From NCBI GenBank assembly GCA_964513415.1, contig CAZEMX010000003.1, forward strand, positions 1 to 50,416: DNA of 50,416 nucleotides, in the 5' to 3' direction. The DNA is from an uncultured Nitrososphaerota archaeon. Lineage in GTDB: Archaea > Thermoproteota > Methanomethylicia > Methanomethylicales > Methanomethylicaceae. The notes under the pieces are model-generated. The model was not told the DNA's origin. It worked only from the letters and a program-made list of their open reading frames with translations, and did not search any database. The position numbers and the translations under genes are program-made. This document shows, piece by piece, positions 9,032 to 17,211 of this stretch. Position 1 is the first letter of the stretch. Each line of letters opens with the position of its first letter.

Positions 9032-9837
9032 AGAGCGATCACCGTCCCCCTCTTCCCTTCAATGGCATCCGACAAGGGCCTCTCGGCAAAACCTGAAGTT
9101 ATGACCGCCTTGCCAACGCCCCCCTTGATTGCCTCCACTGCCGCATGTATCTTGGTGCTCATGCCCGGTCCAATGCTCGCAAGCAGGGTGTCGGTCTCAA
9201 GCGCGCCTATCTTCGGAATCACCTTGCCATCCTTAAGGACGCCCTCAACATCCGTAAGGTAGATCACCAGATCCGCCTTTATTGCCTTGGCCACATTGGC
9301 CGTCGTTCTGTCGCCATCTATGTTGAGTGGCTCGTATTCCGTCCCCATCGCCAATGGCGAGATCACCGGCACATAGCCCTTTGATATAAGCAGCTCGAGC
9401 ATGCTGCTGTTGACCGACGTTATCTTGCCTGTATATCCCCCTTCCTTCGCCACCTTCCTTCCCTTCTCATCAATGACGACCAGTCTCTTCTTCCGCTCTG
9501 CCCTGATCAGACCGCCATCAAATCCGGATAGGCCTACAGTATTGATGCCGAAGGATTGCAGCGTGCCGACTATCTTGGTATTTATTGCCCCAGCCATTAC
9601 CATCGCATAGATGTCGGCGGTCTCCCTGTCAGTGTACCTGCTCTTGAACCCCTCGGGAGACATCACGAACGTCTGCTCCTTGCCTAGGCGCTTTGCCATG
9701 TCGGTTACGATGTCGCCACCGCCATGAACCAAGACCACGCTATGGGCTTGGGCCAGCGCTCTGACATCCTCGATCAGCGGCGTGTTTATGCTCTCGCCCT
9801 TGATCAGGTCGCCACCCATCTTGATCGCTATTCTCAT
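9028..9837 (-). CDS. lysZ: amino-acid kinase, [LysW]-aminoadipate/glutamate kinase (LysZ/ArgB)
   Basis: IKMGG...VLVHGGG... amino-acid kinase fold. ATGA overlap with the upstream argC/lysY gene. Confidence 0.9.
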   Translation of the reverse strand: MRIAIKMGGDLIKGESINTPLIEDVRALAQAHSVVLVHGGGDIVTDMAKRLGKEQTFVMSPEGFKSRYTDRETADIYAMVMAGAINTKIVGTLQSFGINTVGLSGFDGGLIRAERKKRLVVIDEKGRKVAKEGGYTGKITSVNSSMLELLISKGYVPVISPLAMGTEYEPLNIDGDRTTANVAKAIKADLVIYLTDVEGVLKDGKVIPKIGALETDTLLASIGPGMSTKIHAAVEAIKGGVGKAVITSGFAERPLSDAIEGKRGTVIAL

Positions 9838-10886
9838 ACAGGCCTTACTCCTGGAAATCTGATTGCCATTGTCTCATCAACGCCTATCATTATGTTGAAG
9901 TTCTGGATCGCTTGGCCCGCCGCCCCCTTGAGCAGGTTGTCTATGGCGCCAAAGGTAATGACTCTCTTACCATGTGGATCTATCTCGAAACCCACATCGC
10001 AGAAGTTGGAACCTACTACGTTCATTGGGTCGGGCAACTGGTGTAGCCCCTTAACGTCCTTTACGATCCTTACGAAGGGCTCATTCTGGTAGAGCTCCCT
10101 GAACGCCTTCCAGAGCTCTTGGTTTGCGATCTCCCTGTTAAGGAACATATGACCTGTCGCCATTATGCCCCTGACCATGTCGATAGCATGTGGCGTCATG
10201 GCGATTGTCGGTTTTACACCGTTGAACGTCAATTCCTGCTCGATCTCCGCCGTGTGCCTATGCATGACTGGCTTGTACGGTCTGACAAGCCCCGAGTGCT
10301 CAGGATGGTGGCTTGAGATGCTGACATGCGTACCTGCTCCAGACGATCCTATCTTGGCGTCGACGATCGCCCTCGACTTATCGACCGCACCCGTCTTGAT
10401 TGCAGGGGCGAGGCTAAGTATGCTGGCCGTCGCGATGCAGCCTGGGTTTGCGATCAGCTTGGCGTTCCTGATCTCATTCCTGTGGAACTCGGGAAGCCCA
10501 AAGACCGCTTGGTCCAACAGCTCCGGACACGGGTGCTCCCAGCCATACCACTTAGGGTAGTCCTCCTTGTTCTTCAGCCTGAAGTCTGCGCTGAGGTCGA
10601 TTACCTTGTTACCGCGCTCAAGTAGCTTCTTGGCGACCGGTGCCGAAGCCCCGTGAGGCAGCGCAAGAAAGACGAACTCGCACATCTCTGCTATCTTCTC
10701 GACATCGGGCTCGACAAATCTCAGATCGGTCAACTTCCTCAATTGCGGGTGTAGCCTGTATACTGGATCGCCCGCATTCTCTCTTGATGTTACCGCCTTC
10801 ACCTCTGCCTGAGGGTGGTTCACAAGGATGCGGAGAAGCTCGCCGCCGGTGTAGCCAGAGGCGCCTATTATCCCGACCGTCTTCAT
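9834..10886 (-). CDS. argC: N-acetyl-gamma-glutamyl-phosphate / [LysW]-aminoadipyl-phosphate reductase (ArgC/LysY)
   Basis: GASGYTGGELLR NAD motif and the catalytic-Cys motif ANPGCIATA. ATGA overlap with lysX. Confidence 0.9.
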   Translation of the reverse strand: MKTVGIIGASGYTGGELLRILVNHPQAEVKAVTSRENAGDPVYRLHPQLRKLTDLRFVEPDVEKIAEMCEFVFLALPHGASAPVAKKLLERGNKVIDLSADFRLKNKEDYPKWYGWEHPCPELLDQAVFGLPEFHRNEIRNAKLIANPGCIATASILSLAPAIKTGAVDKSRAIVDAKIGSSGAGTHVSISSHHPEHSGLVRPYKPVMHRHTAEIEQELTFNGVKPTIAMTPHAIDMVRGIMATGHMFLNREIANQELWKAFRELYQNEPFVRIVKDVKGLHQLPDPMNVVGSNFCDVGFEIDPHGKRVITFGAIDNLLKGAAGQAIQNFNIMIGVDETMAIRFPGVRPV

Positions 10887-11737
10887 CTCTTTGCCTCCTT
10901 CAATGCATAATCTATGATCATGCCTGGTATATCTACTCCTGTAGCCGGAACCGTGTTCTTAAATTCAACGGTGCTGTTTATCTCATGAACAAGGAGCCCT
11001 CTGTCGCTCTCCATCATATCGACTCCAAAGACGCCACCACCCACGGCGGCTGCCGCTTTCATAGCAAGCTCCCTTACCTCCGGCGTCACCGGGCAATTCT
11101 CTACCCTGCCCCCCCTTGCCGTGTTCGTCCTCCAATCCCCCGTCTCGTTCACCCTGTATATCGCCACAGGCACATCGTCGCCTATAACAAATACCCTAAG
11201 GTCCCTGGGAGGCCGCTTAACCATCTCTTGGGCATAATATATCTGGTAAAGTGGGAACATCATCTCCCTGTGCTCAAGCGCGACGGTTGCGGAGGTGCTG
11301 TCCTCTACCAGCGAAACGAGCCTCCCCCAGCTTCCAACGACCGGCTTGAGGACGCTCGGGTACCCCAACTCGCGCAAGGCGTCAAGGGTCGACTCCACTG
11401 TGAATGAGAGATACGTTCTCGGCGTGGGTATGCCCGCCTTCTTGAATGCCAGCGTATTGAGCACCTTGTTGCCGCAGGTCTCGGCGGTGCTGTGCTTGTT
11501 GATCACGGGCACGCCGTAACTCTCTATGGCGGCAGTTGCATGCACTCCCCTGAAGTGGCTGACGCACCTCTGGACTACGATGTCTCCTATACCTTCGGGC
11601 TTCCTATCCGACGTCAGCTCCATGAATGTCTTCTCGGCACTAAGTAAGCTGAACTCGATCCTCTTCTTCTGGCAGGCGTTGTATAACGCCTTCTCTTCCC
11701 ATCTCATGTGGTCAAACAATATGTTGAGCTTAGTCAT
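10883..11737 (-). CDS. lysX: RimK-type ATP-grasp ligase LysX/ArgX (couples the amino acid to the LysW carrier)
   Basis: ATP-grasp of LysX length. The start was moved to ATG 11737 (MTKLNILFDHMRWEEK..., a typical LysX N-terminus), because TTATATAA at 11784-11791 is too close to the track start at 11776. Confidence 0.85.
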   Translation of the reverse strand: MTKLNILFDHMRWEEKALYNACQKKRIEFSLLSAEKTFMELTSDRKPEGIGDIVVQRCVSHFRGVHATAAIESYGVPVINKHSTAETCGNKVLNTLAFKKAGIPTPRTYLSFTVESTLDALRELGYPSVLKPVVGSWGRLVSLVEDSTSATVALEHREMMFPLYQIYYAQEMVKRPPRDLRVFVIGDDVPVAIYRVNETGDWRTNTARGGRVENCPVTPEVRELAMKAAAAVGGGVFGVDMMESDRGLLVHEINSTVEFKNTVPATGVDIPGMIIDYALKEAKR

Positions 11738-11850
11738 TGCCACTCTTGACCTCTTAAATGCGATGTAGATTCGCATGACGAAGTTATATAAGTGTTTCGT
11801 AGGTACCTATCATAACCACAATTCGTTAATAGGATAATAAAGTTCGATTC

Positions 11851-12273
11851 TCAAACCCATGATCGGAGAACTATCATTGAATTCGTCTTTGACACGCCCT
11901 CTATCCGTCTGACCTCGTCGATGTACTTGTTGACCTCCTGCATGCTGTTGCCGGAGACGACGGCAACAATGTCCACCTCGCCCGCCACCTCTAGCACAAG
12001 CTCCACCCCCTCGACGTTCTTCATCTCTTGCGCAACTATCGGGTTCGGGCGTGGCGGCTGGACTGATATCAATATCATGGCTTTGAGCTTGTCGCCTGCA
12101 TCCACCTCGACCGTGAACTTCTTAATAACGCCCTCCTCGACAAGCCTCTCGACTCGCTTCCTCACGGCCGCCTCGGATAGCCCTATCTCCTCCGCGATCT
12201 TGGTGTATGGCACTCTTGCGTTCTCCTTGAGGCGCGTAATGACGACCTTATCGACTTCGTCAGTGACCCTCAT
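11851..12273 (-). CDS. Lrp/AsnC-family regulator (HTH + RAM domain), LysM-like by position
   Basis: MRVTDEVDKVVITRLKENARVPYTKIAEEIGLSEAAVRKRVERL... plus a RAM domain. The 45-aa N-terminal extension in the track has no Lrp counterpart, so the start was set at ATG 12273. It lies directly upstream of lysX. Confidence 0.8.
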   Translation of the reverse strand: MRVTDEVDKVVITRLKENARVPYTKIAEEIGLSEAAVRKRVERLVEEGVIKKFTVEVDAGDKLKAMILISVQPPRPNPIVAQEMKNVEGVELVLEVAGEVDIVAVVSGNSMQEVNKYIDEVRRIEGVSKTNSMIVLRSWV

Positions 12274-12475
12274 GGCGCTCGACTCCGTTAACTCTTCGTT
12301 ATAGTGGCTTAAAACCTTTGACTGAGACGCGCCTGCTTGATTGCCTAGTTCATACTGCTGAAACTCTGAAAAATGCTTAATAATGAGCATCTCACTCATC
12401 AATATCAATGCCCTTCTGCACCAATCTCCTCACAATCAATATTTCATTCCGTTTTAATAATGGATTGGGATCAAG

Positions 12476-13948
12476 ATGAGCGCTCCTGCGCATAAAAGCC
12501 CCGAGGGTTTCAGCGACACCTATCCTTGGAAAAGGACCGTTACGATAGACCTTGCAGTCCCCCCAGACCAGCTGTCGAAACTGCTTGATTATCTTATCAA
12601 CACTCTGGAACATAACCCCGACCTGTCGAAGCTATCCAACTCATCGATAGATGGCGGCGCGCTCCTTCAGTACCGGCTGAACAGCATCGACGGCAGTTCC
12701 CTTGACGTGGCAGTGCAGTTTCTTGATAAGATCTATATATACTACTCTCCATATCCGGAGAACTCGGCAAGCGAAAAGGATCTGCGGGCGCTCGACATAC
12801 AGTTCGAGGCATTGGTCCGCTCATACTTCGCGGAGCAGAGCAAAGCCTCACTCTTCTTGGTATTCTCCCCAAAGATGAATATCATACCTGGTGCAAAGGA
12901 GAGGGGCATCAAGAAGTTCCTCGCCTCCCTCATATTCGGGAACATGCTGTACTTCTTCATAATTACGCTGATGATTGGCATCCTCGTATACCAGTTCTTC
13001 CTTAACTATACCCCGCTCGTGCTCGTGCTCGCCTCGTTTGTGCTCGTGCTCTCCGCTCCAAGACTCCTTGCTGCCAGGGGCGAGTTTGACATAACCTCTG
13101 ACAATCCCTCTATCCACATAGCCGAACTGCGCATGAAGCGAAACGAGTTCGATCAGGTCATGAGAACATGTTTCCCAAAGATCATGGATGTAAAGAAGAG
13201 GATATACGACTCCACGCTTGCAGTAGGCAAGGACCTTGATCAGAACACGATAATCAGTTCCATGAACGAGTATGGCGCAGTATGCACGCCGGAGGCCGTG
13301 AACATCAAGAGGGTGGACGTCTACCGCCTCGTCAAGGACCTCGCGAACAAGTTCGGTTTCGGGGAGCCAAGGATAACCCTCCTCAACGTGCTCCCTCCCA
13401 ACGCGGCCGCCACCGGCATATCCCCCAAGCACGCAACCGTGCTTGTGACCAGCGGGCTGATTGCACAGATGGAGGAGGACGAGATAAAGACCGTCCTCGC
13501 GCATGAGTTCAGCCATGTTAAGGCAAGGGATCCGCTAGTCCTCCTGTCCCTGGCGACACTTGAATACCTGATGCGGGTATATGTCCTGTGGCCGTTCTTT
13601 GCACAGTTTGGCATCATCGTTGATCTGCTCTATCTCGTCTTCTCGCTGACGCTGCTCTTCTTTGTGGCGAAATTCCTTGAGGCGAGGGCAGACCTGGATG
13701 CCGCATTGGCTACCGGCATGCCCAAACTTCTGGCAACCTCCCTGAGGAAGCTGGGCCTCTGGAAGTTTCATTCCAGCGTATTCGAGATTGTCAATGTCGG
13801 CGAATGGCTGAAGTGGGACCCCCATCCGCCGCTCTACTACCGGATCAGAACGCTTGAGAAGCTAGACCTCTCCAAGGTTCGCCATACCTACTTGACAGCA
13901 ATAAAAGGGTGCCTTAACGGCTTCATAAACTCATTCAAGGGGAAGTAG
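12476..13948 (+). CDS. membrane M48-family (HtpX-like) zinc metalloprotease with a long N-terminal extension
   Basis: HEFSHV (HExxH) and a downstream EARAD. There are TM helices before and after the catalytic motif. About 150 aa of the N-terminus is unrecognised soluble sequence. Confidence 0.8.
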   Translation: MSAPAHKSPEGFSDTYPWKRTVTIDLAVPPDQLSKLLDYLINTLEHNPDLSKLSNSSIDGGALLQYRLNSIDGSSLDVAVQFLDKIYIYYSPYPENSASEKDLRALDIQFEALVRSYFAEQSKASLFLVFSPKMNIIPGAKERGIKKFLASLIFGNMLYFFIITLMIGILVYQFFLNYTPLVLVLASFVLVLSAPRLLAARGEFDITSDNPSIHIAELRMKRNEFDQVMRTCFPKIMDVKKRIYDSTLAVGKDLDQNTIISSMNEYGAVCTPEAVNIKRVDVYRLVKDLANKFGFGEPRITLLNVLPPNAAATGISPKHATVLVTSGLIAQMEEDEIKTVLAHEFSHVKARDPLVLLSLATLEYLMRVYVLWPFFAQFGIIVDLLYLVFSLTLLFFVAKFLEARADLDAALATGMPKLLATSLRKLGLWKFHSSVFEIVNVGEWLKWDPHPPLYYRIRTLEKLDLSKVRHTYLTAIKGCLNGFINSFKGK

Positions 13949-13960
13949 GGAGTAACGCTT

Positions 13961-14623
13961 ATGTCACATAAGCGAGTAGTTGTCTTTTCGAGCGCCACCA
14001 CGCGCATGGTGCCTTCCCCTCTTGATCCTGAGATTGTAAACCTCCTGAAGAAGTCAGGGTTGGGCACTCCTGGCTCAGATCTGAATCTTGAGCAGGAATA
14101 CCGCGCAGCTCTGTCGCCATACATAAAGAGGGCCAAGGACCTCTTCAGGGGGTCCTTCCAGCATATGTCTAGCGCCATCCAGGCTGCAAACGGTGCATGC
14201 CTCGAGATAGATCATTATGTAATCTCGCCGAGGTACGGCATAATCGACATGGACGAAAGGATAATTCCCTACCGTTTCTCCCTCGCCCGTAGCAGCCGTG
14301 CAGATGTGCAGCAGGTGTCAGCAAGGCTAGGGATAGGCGAGCGTCTGAGGGAGATCATGTCGAAGGGGTATGACCTCTGCTTCGTGGTTGCAAACAAAAA
14401 CGACCTGATGCTCATACACGACCCCTCCTCAGGCAAGGACCTCTCCTCGATGTGCCCCTCGCTTACAGTTATCTCCGCCAGGTCCGCCTCCTTCCTATTT
14501 GACGAAAAAGTGCGGTTCTTCGGCATCTCAAACATAGGGAGGCGTTCAAGGAAATTTCTGCATCTTCTCAACGAGCTGACTACCAAGCCTCTATCGAATT
14601 ATGACGGAGAACAGGCTGATTGA
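13961..14623 (+). CDS. hypothetical cytosolic protein, 12 nt downstream of the M48 protease
   Basis: 220-aa ORF, co-directional with the protease. No family recognised with confidence; there is a faint resemblance to DUF6884-type proteins (ISPRYGII...IIPYRFSL). Confidence 0.5.
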   Translation: MSHKRVVVFSSATTRMVPSPLDPEIVNLLKKSGLGTPGSDLNLEQEYRAALSPYIKRAKDLFRGSFQHMSSAIQAANGACLEIDHYVISPRYGIIDMDERIIPYRFSLARSSRADVQQVSARLGIGERLREIMSKGYDLCFVVANKNDLMLIHDPSSGKDLSSMCPSLTVISARSASFLFDEKVRFFGISNIGRRSRKFLHLLNELTTKPLSNYDGEQAD

Positions 14624-14633
14624 ACGTTAGGTG

Positions 14634-14984
14634 TTATGGCCTGCCTGCTCTTAGCACGTTCCTGTCAACAACCCTTCTCTTCATAATAAGATAGCACGCG
14701 GAGGCTACCGCCAGTCCTATGGCTATGGCCGCAACAAGCCCTCCGGCGAGGGATGCTACCCCTGTCGCTATCGCCCTCGCATTCTCCGCAGCGCTCCTGT
14801 TCGTATCTCCCATGCTGCTGAGTATGCTCGCGCCAAATTCAAAGCCTTGCGTATCCTTGTCCGCCATCAGGGGAATTGCCTGTGTTTGGTTCAGCAACAG
14901 CGGCGAATATGCGAGCGCTACGCCTGCAACTATCGCCAACGCGATGATTATTGTGCCCCTCATTTTTTGCATCCCCTGTTTCAT
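14634..14984 (-). CDS. small membrane/secreted protein (N-terminal signal/TM and C-terminal TM)
   Basis: Hydrophobic segments IIIALAIVAGVALAY and GGLVAAIAIGLAVASACYLI. It lies 30 nt downstream of the wHTH-TM gene on the same strand. Confidence 0.5.
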   Translation of the reverse strand: MKQGMQKMRGTIIIALAIVAGVALAYSPLLLNQTQAIPLMADKDTQGFEFGASILSSMGDTNRSAAENARAIATGVASLAGGLVAAIAIGLAVASACYLIMKRRVVDRNVLRAGRP

Positions 14985-15014
14985 GTGACCTCTTGAAAAA
15001 TATAATTCTACATA

Positions 15015-15455
15015 TTAGAACGGCTTCCTTCGCCATGCCCTTATCGTCTCGCCCCACGTTATTGCGCATCCCGAAATGCCAAAGACGAGGGCGGCGAGCG
15101 TCTGAGGCGTCAGCACAAGCGGGTAAAGCACAAGGTATGTGATCAGCATGCTGGTGAAGAAGACTGAATAGAAGAGATAGCGCGGGAGCATCATTCCAAC
15201 AACCTTGACGAAATCGGAGAAGACCTCTGCCTTCCCTCCCTCGACGGCCACGTAGCCGCCACCTGCGTCCTTATCGACAAGTCCCATGCCCTTCAGTTTT
15301 TCAAGATGATATGCCGCAACGCTTGGGCTGCTCAGATCAAGCTCCCTCATTATCTCCCTGGGCCCTACTCCCTCTGATCCCCTCTTCATTAAGGCCCAGT
15401 AGACCCTGAGCGTAGTGCCCTTCAGCTCCGATCTGACCTTCTCCTGGGCAGCCAT
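15015..15455 (-). CDS. membrane-tethered winged-helix regulator (ArsR-like wHTH plus 2 TM helices)
   Basis: LRVYWALMKRG...GPREIMRELDLSSPSVAAYHLEKLKGMGLV, followed by two hydrophobic helices. TTATATA at 15477-15483 sits about 25 nt upstream, consistent with a leaderless transcript. Confidence 0.65.
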   Translation of the reverse strand: MAAQEKVRSELKGTTLRVYWALMKRGSEGVGPREIMRELDLSSPSVAAYHLEKLKGMGLVDKDAGGGYVAVEGGKAEVFSDFVKVVGMMLPRYLFYSVFFTSMLITYLVLYPLVLTPQTLAALVFGISGCAITWGETIRAWRRKPF

Positions 15456-15609
15456 ACCTCAATTAATGCGCCCTTGTTATATAGTGTTTTTGAGTCAAGG
15501 CTTGCCCCCATCATCCGTAGTTCCAACCATCGATCGACTCAGAACTTGAAGCCTGCACTAGCTGACAAAGCTTATATAGTTACAGGAAAGAATGGTGGTG
15601 GTGTCTGGA

Positions 15610-15680
15610 GGAGAAAAGAGTGCTTCTATCTCGGAGGGTTTGTATTTATCTGCCCTCGTCATGCGCACTCTAGCGTCTCC
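15610..15680 (+). promoter_or_regulatory. candidate structured 5' leader element upstream of the PaaK-like gene
   Basis: Three coaxial complementary pairs: 15610-15614/15676-15680 (5 bp), 15617-15623/15665-15671 (7 bp) and 15634-15638/15653-15657 (5 bp). It lies downstream of TTATATA at 15572-15578 and about 60 nt before the GTG at 15741. Confidence 0.25.
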
Positions 15681-15740
15681 CTTTCAGAACTTTTATTGAA
15701 CTTGGAGGTAGAGTGACAGTGCAATCTATCAATAGGAGGG

Positions 15741-17044
15741 GTGGCCTTTACACCTGCTGACGGGTGTTTCCAGCCACACCTCGAAAAAATGGATCGTAAA
15801 TCCCTAGAAAAAATACAAAGAGAAAAACTACTTGTTGCCATAAAGAGGGTCAATAAGGTCCCATTCTTGAGGCAGAAGCTGCGTGAGGCAAAGCCCGCAT
15901 CCATAAACGGTCCGGCAGACATCGCCAAACTGCCCTTCACATACAAGAAGGACATCCTCGATTGCTTCCCATTTGGGGCGCTCGCTGTGCCATTGACCAA
16001 GGTGGCCAGAATTCACACCTCATCGGGGAGCACGAACAAGCCAATCACAACCTTCTACACAAAGAGCGACCTCCGGGTATGGTCCGAACTGATGGCCAGG
16101 GGGCTTGCTGGAATTGGCGCAAAGAGGGGTGACGTCTTCCAGAACACGACGTCGCAGGGCCTCTTCACGGGCGGGCTTGGGCTGATAAGCGGCGCAGAAC
16201 GTCTGGGCCTGGCGGTCATACCTTTGGGGTCTGCCAATCCTGAGAAGCAGCTGGAGACGATGCGGGACTTTGGGGTCTCAGTCTTCCACAGTATCCCCTC
16301 ATTCGGCCTGCGCATGGCCGAGGTGCTCGAGAGTAAGGGGAAGGAGATGCGGGCGGCGCTAAAGATCCGGCTTGCGTTATGCGGTGCCGAGCCTTGGACC
16401 AAGGAGATGAGGCGCAAGATCGAGGACACGCTCGAGATAGACGCCTTCAACAACTATGGCTTCGCCGAGGCGGGAGGCCCTGGCATCGGTGTGGAGTGCG
16501 TCTTCAAAAAAGGCCTTCATATCTGGGAGGACCACTTCATGATGGAGGTCGTCGACCCAAAGACCGGTGAGCCGCTTGAACCCGAAGAGGAGGGCGAGCT
16601 GGTGATCACCCCTCTGGACAGGGAAGCCATGCCTATACTCCGGTACAGGACGGGTGACATCACGCGCATAATCGATGGCAAATGCGAGTGCGGGAGGACG
16701 CACCGGATGATAGACTGGATGCGGGGCAGGATCGATGACATGATAAAGGTAAGGGGAATCGGGCTGTACCCATCAAACATTGAGAAGATCATCGCGTCAC
16801 ACGCCGAGTCCAATGGGCAGTTCCAGATCGTACTATCTGGGATCGATGACATGCTAGTCAAGCTCGAGGTGAACAACGCGACTTGAACGACTCGGTAGCG
16901 GTGGCGAACCTCAAAGCTGCGCTCGCGCAGGAGATAAAGCGGCAGACGCTCTTGAGGACGGACGTTGAGGTTGTGGCGAGCGGAAATTTGCCCCGCTCGG
17001 ATGGGAAGGCCAAGCGCATAATTGATCTTAGGAGGATGTCCTGA
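15741..17044 (+). pseudogene. paaK: phenylacetate-CoA ligase / F390-synthetase family (PaaK-like) gene split by a -1 frameshift (or a sequencing indel)
   Basis: The N-terminal 381 aa carry HTSSGSTNKP and stop at TGA 16884-16886. The -1 frame is open from 16850 and encodes the conserved C-terminus ...VASGNLPRSDGKAKRIIDLRRMS-stop (17042-17044). The joined length is about 434 aa, matching PaaK. Confidence 0.7.
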
Positions 17045-17211
17045 TGCCTGCACTGCTGTTGCAACTGATAGCCGAAAGCATACCCAACCTCAGCCCGTTA
17101 GGCCTCGATTGGTGGATAATCCTCGGCGGGTGGCTCCCTGGCAGCTTGGCAGTCGTTGCCGCCTTCGTAGTCTGGTTCAGATCAAGGAAGGAGGATGCCG
17201 GCAATGAGTGA
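17044..17211 (+). CDS. 55-aa small membrane protein (not in ORF track), probable accessory subunit of the downstream symporter
   Basis: Sequence MPALLLQLIAESIPNLSPLGLDWWIILGGWLPGSLAVVAAFVVWFRSRKEDAGNE. Its ATG overlaps the PaaK C-terminal-frame stop (TGATG), and its stop (17209-17211) overlaps the SSF start region. Confidence 0.55.
   Translation: MPALLLQLIAESIPNLSPLGLDWWIILGGWLPGSLAVVAAFVVWFRSRKEDAGNE

Noticed and set aside
12274-12408. 45-aa N-terminal extension of the Lrp/AsnC regulator. Similar extensions occur on lysX (11738-11776), thrC (24462-24521), DsrE (48019-48099), MBL (43912-44046) and TatD (48246-48335).
   Set aside because: The extensions lack homology to the respective families. 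They either overlap neighbouring genes or consume the promoter space. Internal ATG/GTG starts reproduce the typical family N-termini.
13946-13963. The M48 protease ORF and the next ORF are in the same frame, separated by one TAG. Possible amber read-through or pyrrolysine fusion.
   Set aside because: TAG is used as an ordinary stop by several well-supported genes here (for example 2418-2420, 4818-4820, 6342-6344 and 28181-28183). The downstream ORF has its own ATG 12 nt later, and same-frame adjacency is a 1-in-3 coincidence.
15456-15740. tRNA or other known RNA gene, or the 80-aa ORF 15474-15716, in the largest intergenic gap.
   Set aside because: No T-loop (GTTCRANYC) or D-loop signatures and no acceptor-stem pairing were found. 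The ORF starts at TTG inside the neighbouring gene's TATA region, has no recognisable features, and spans the predicted leader hairpin.
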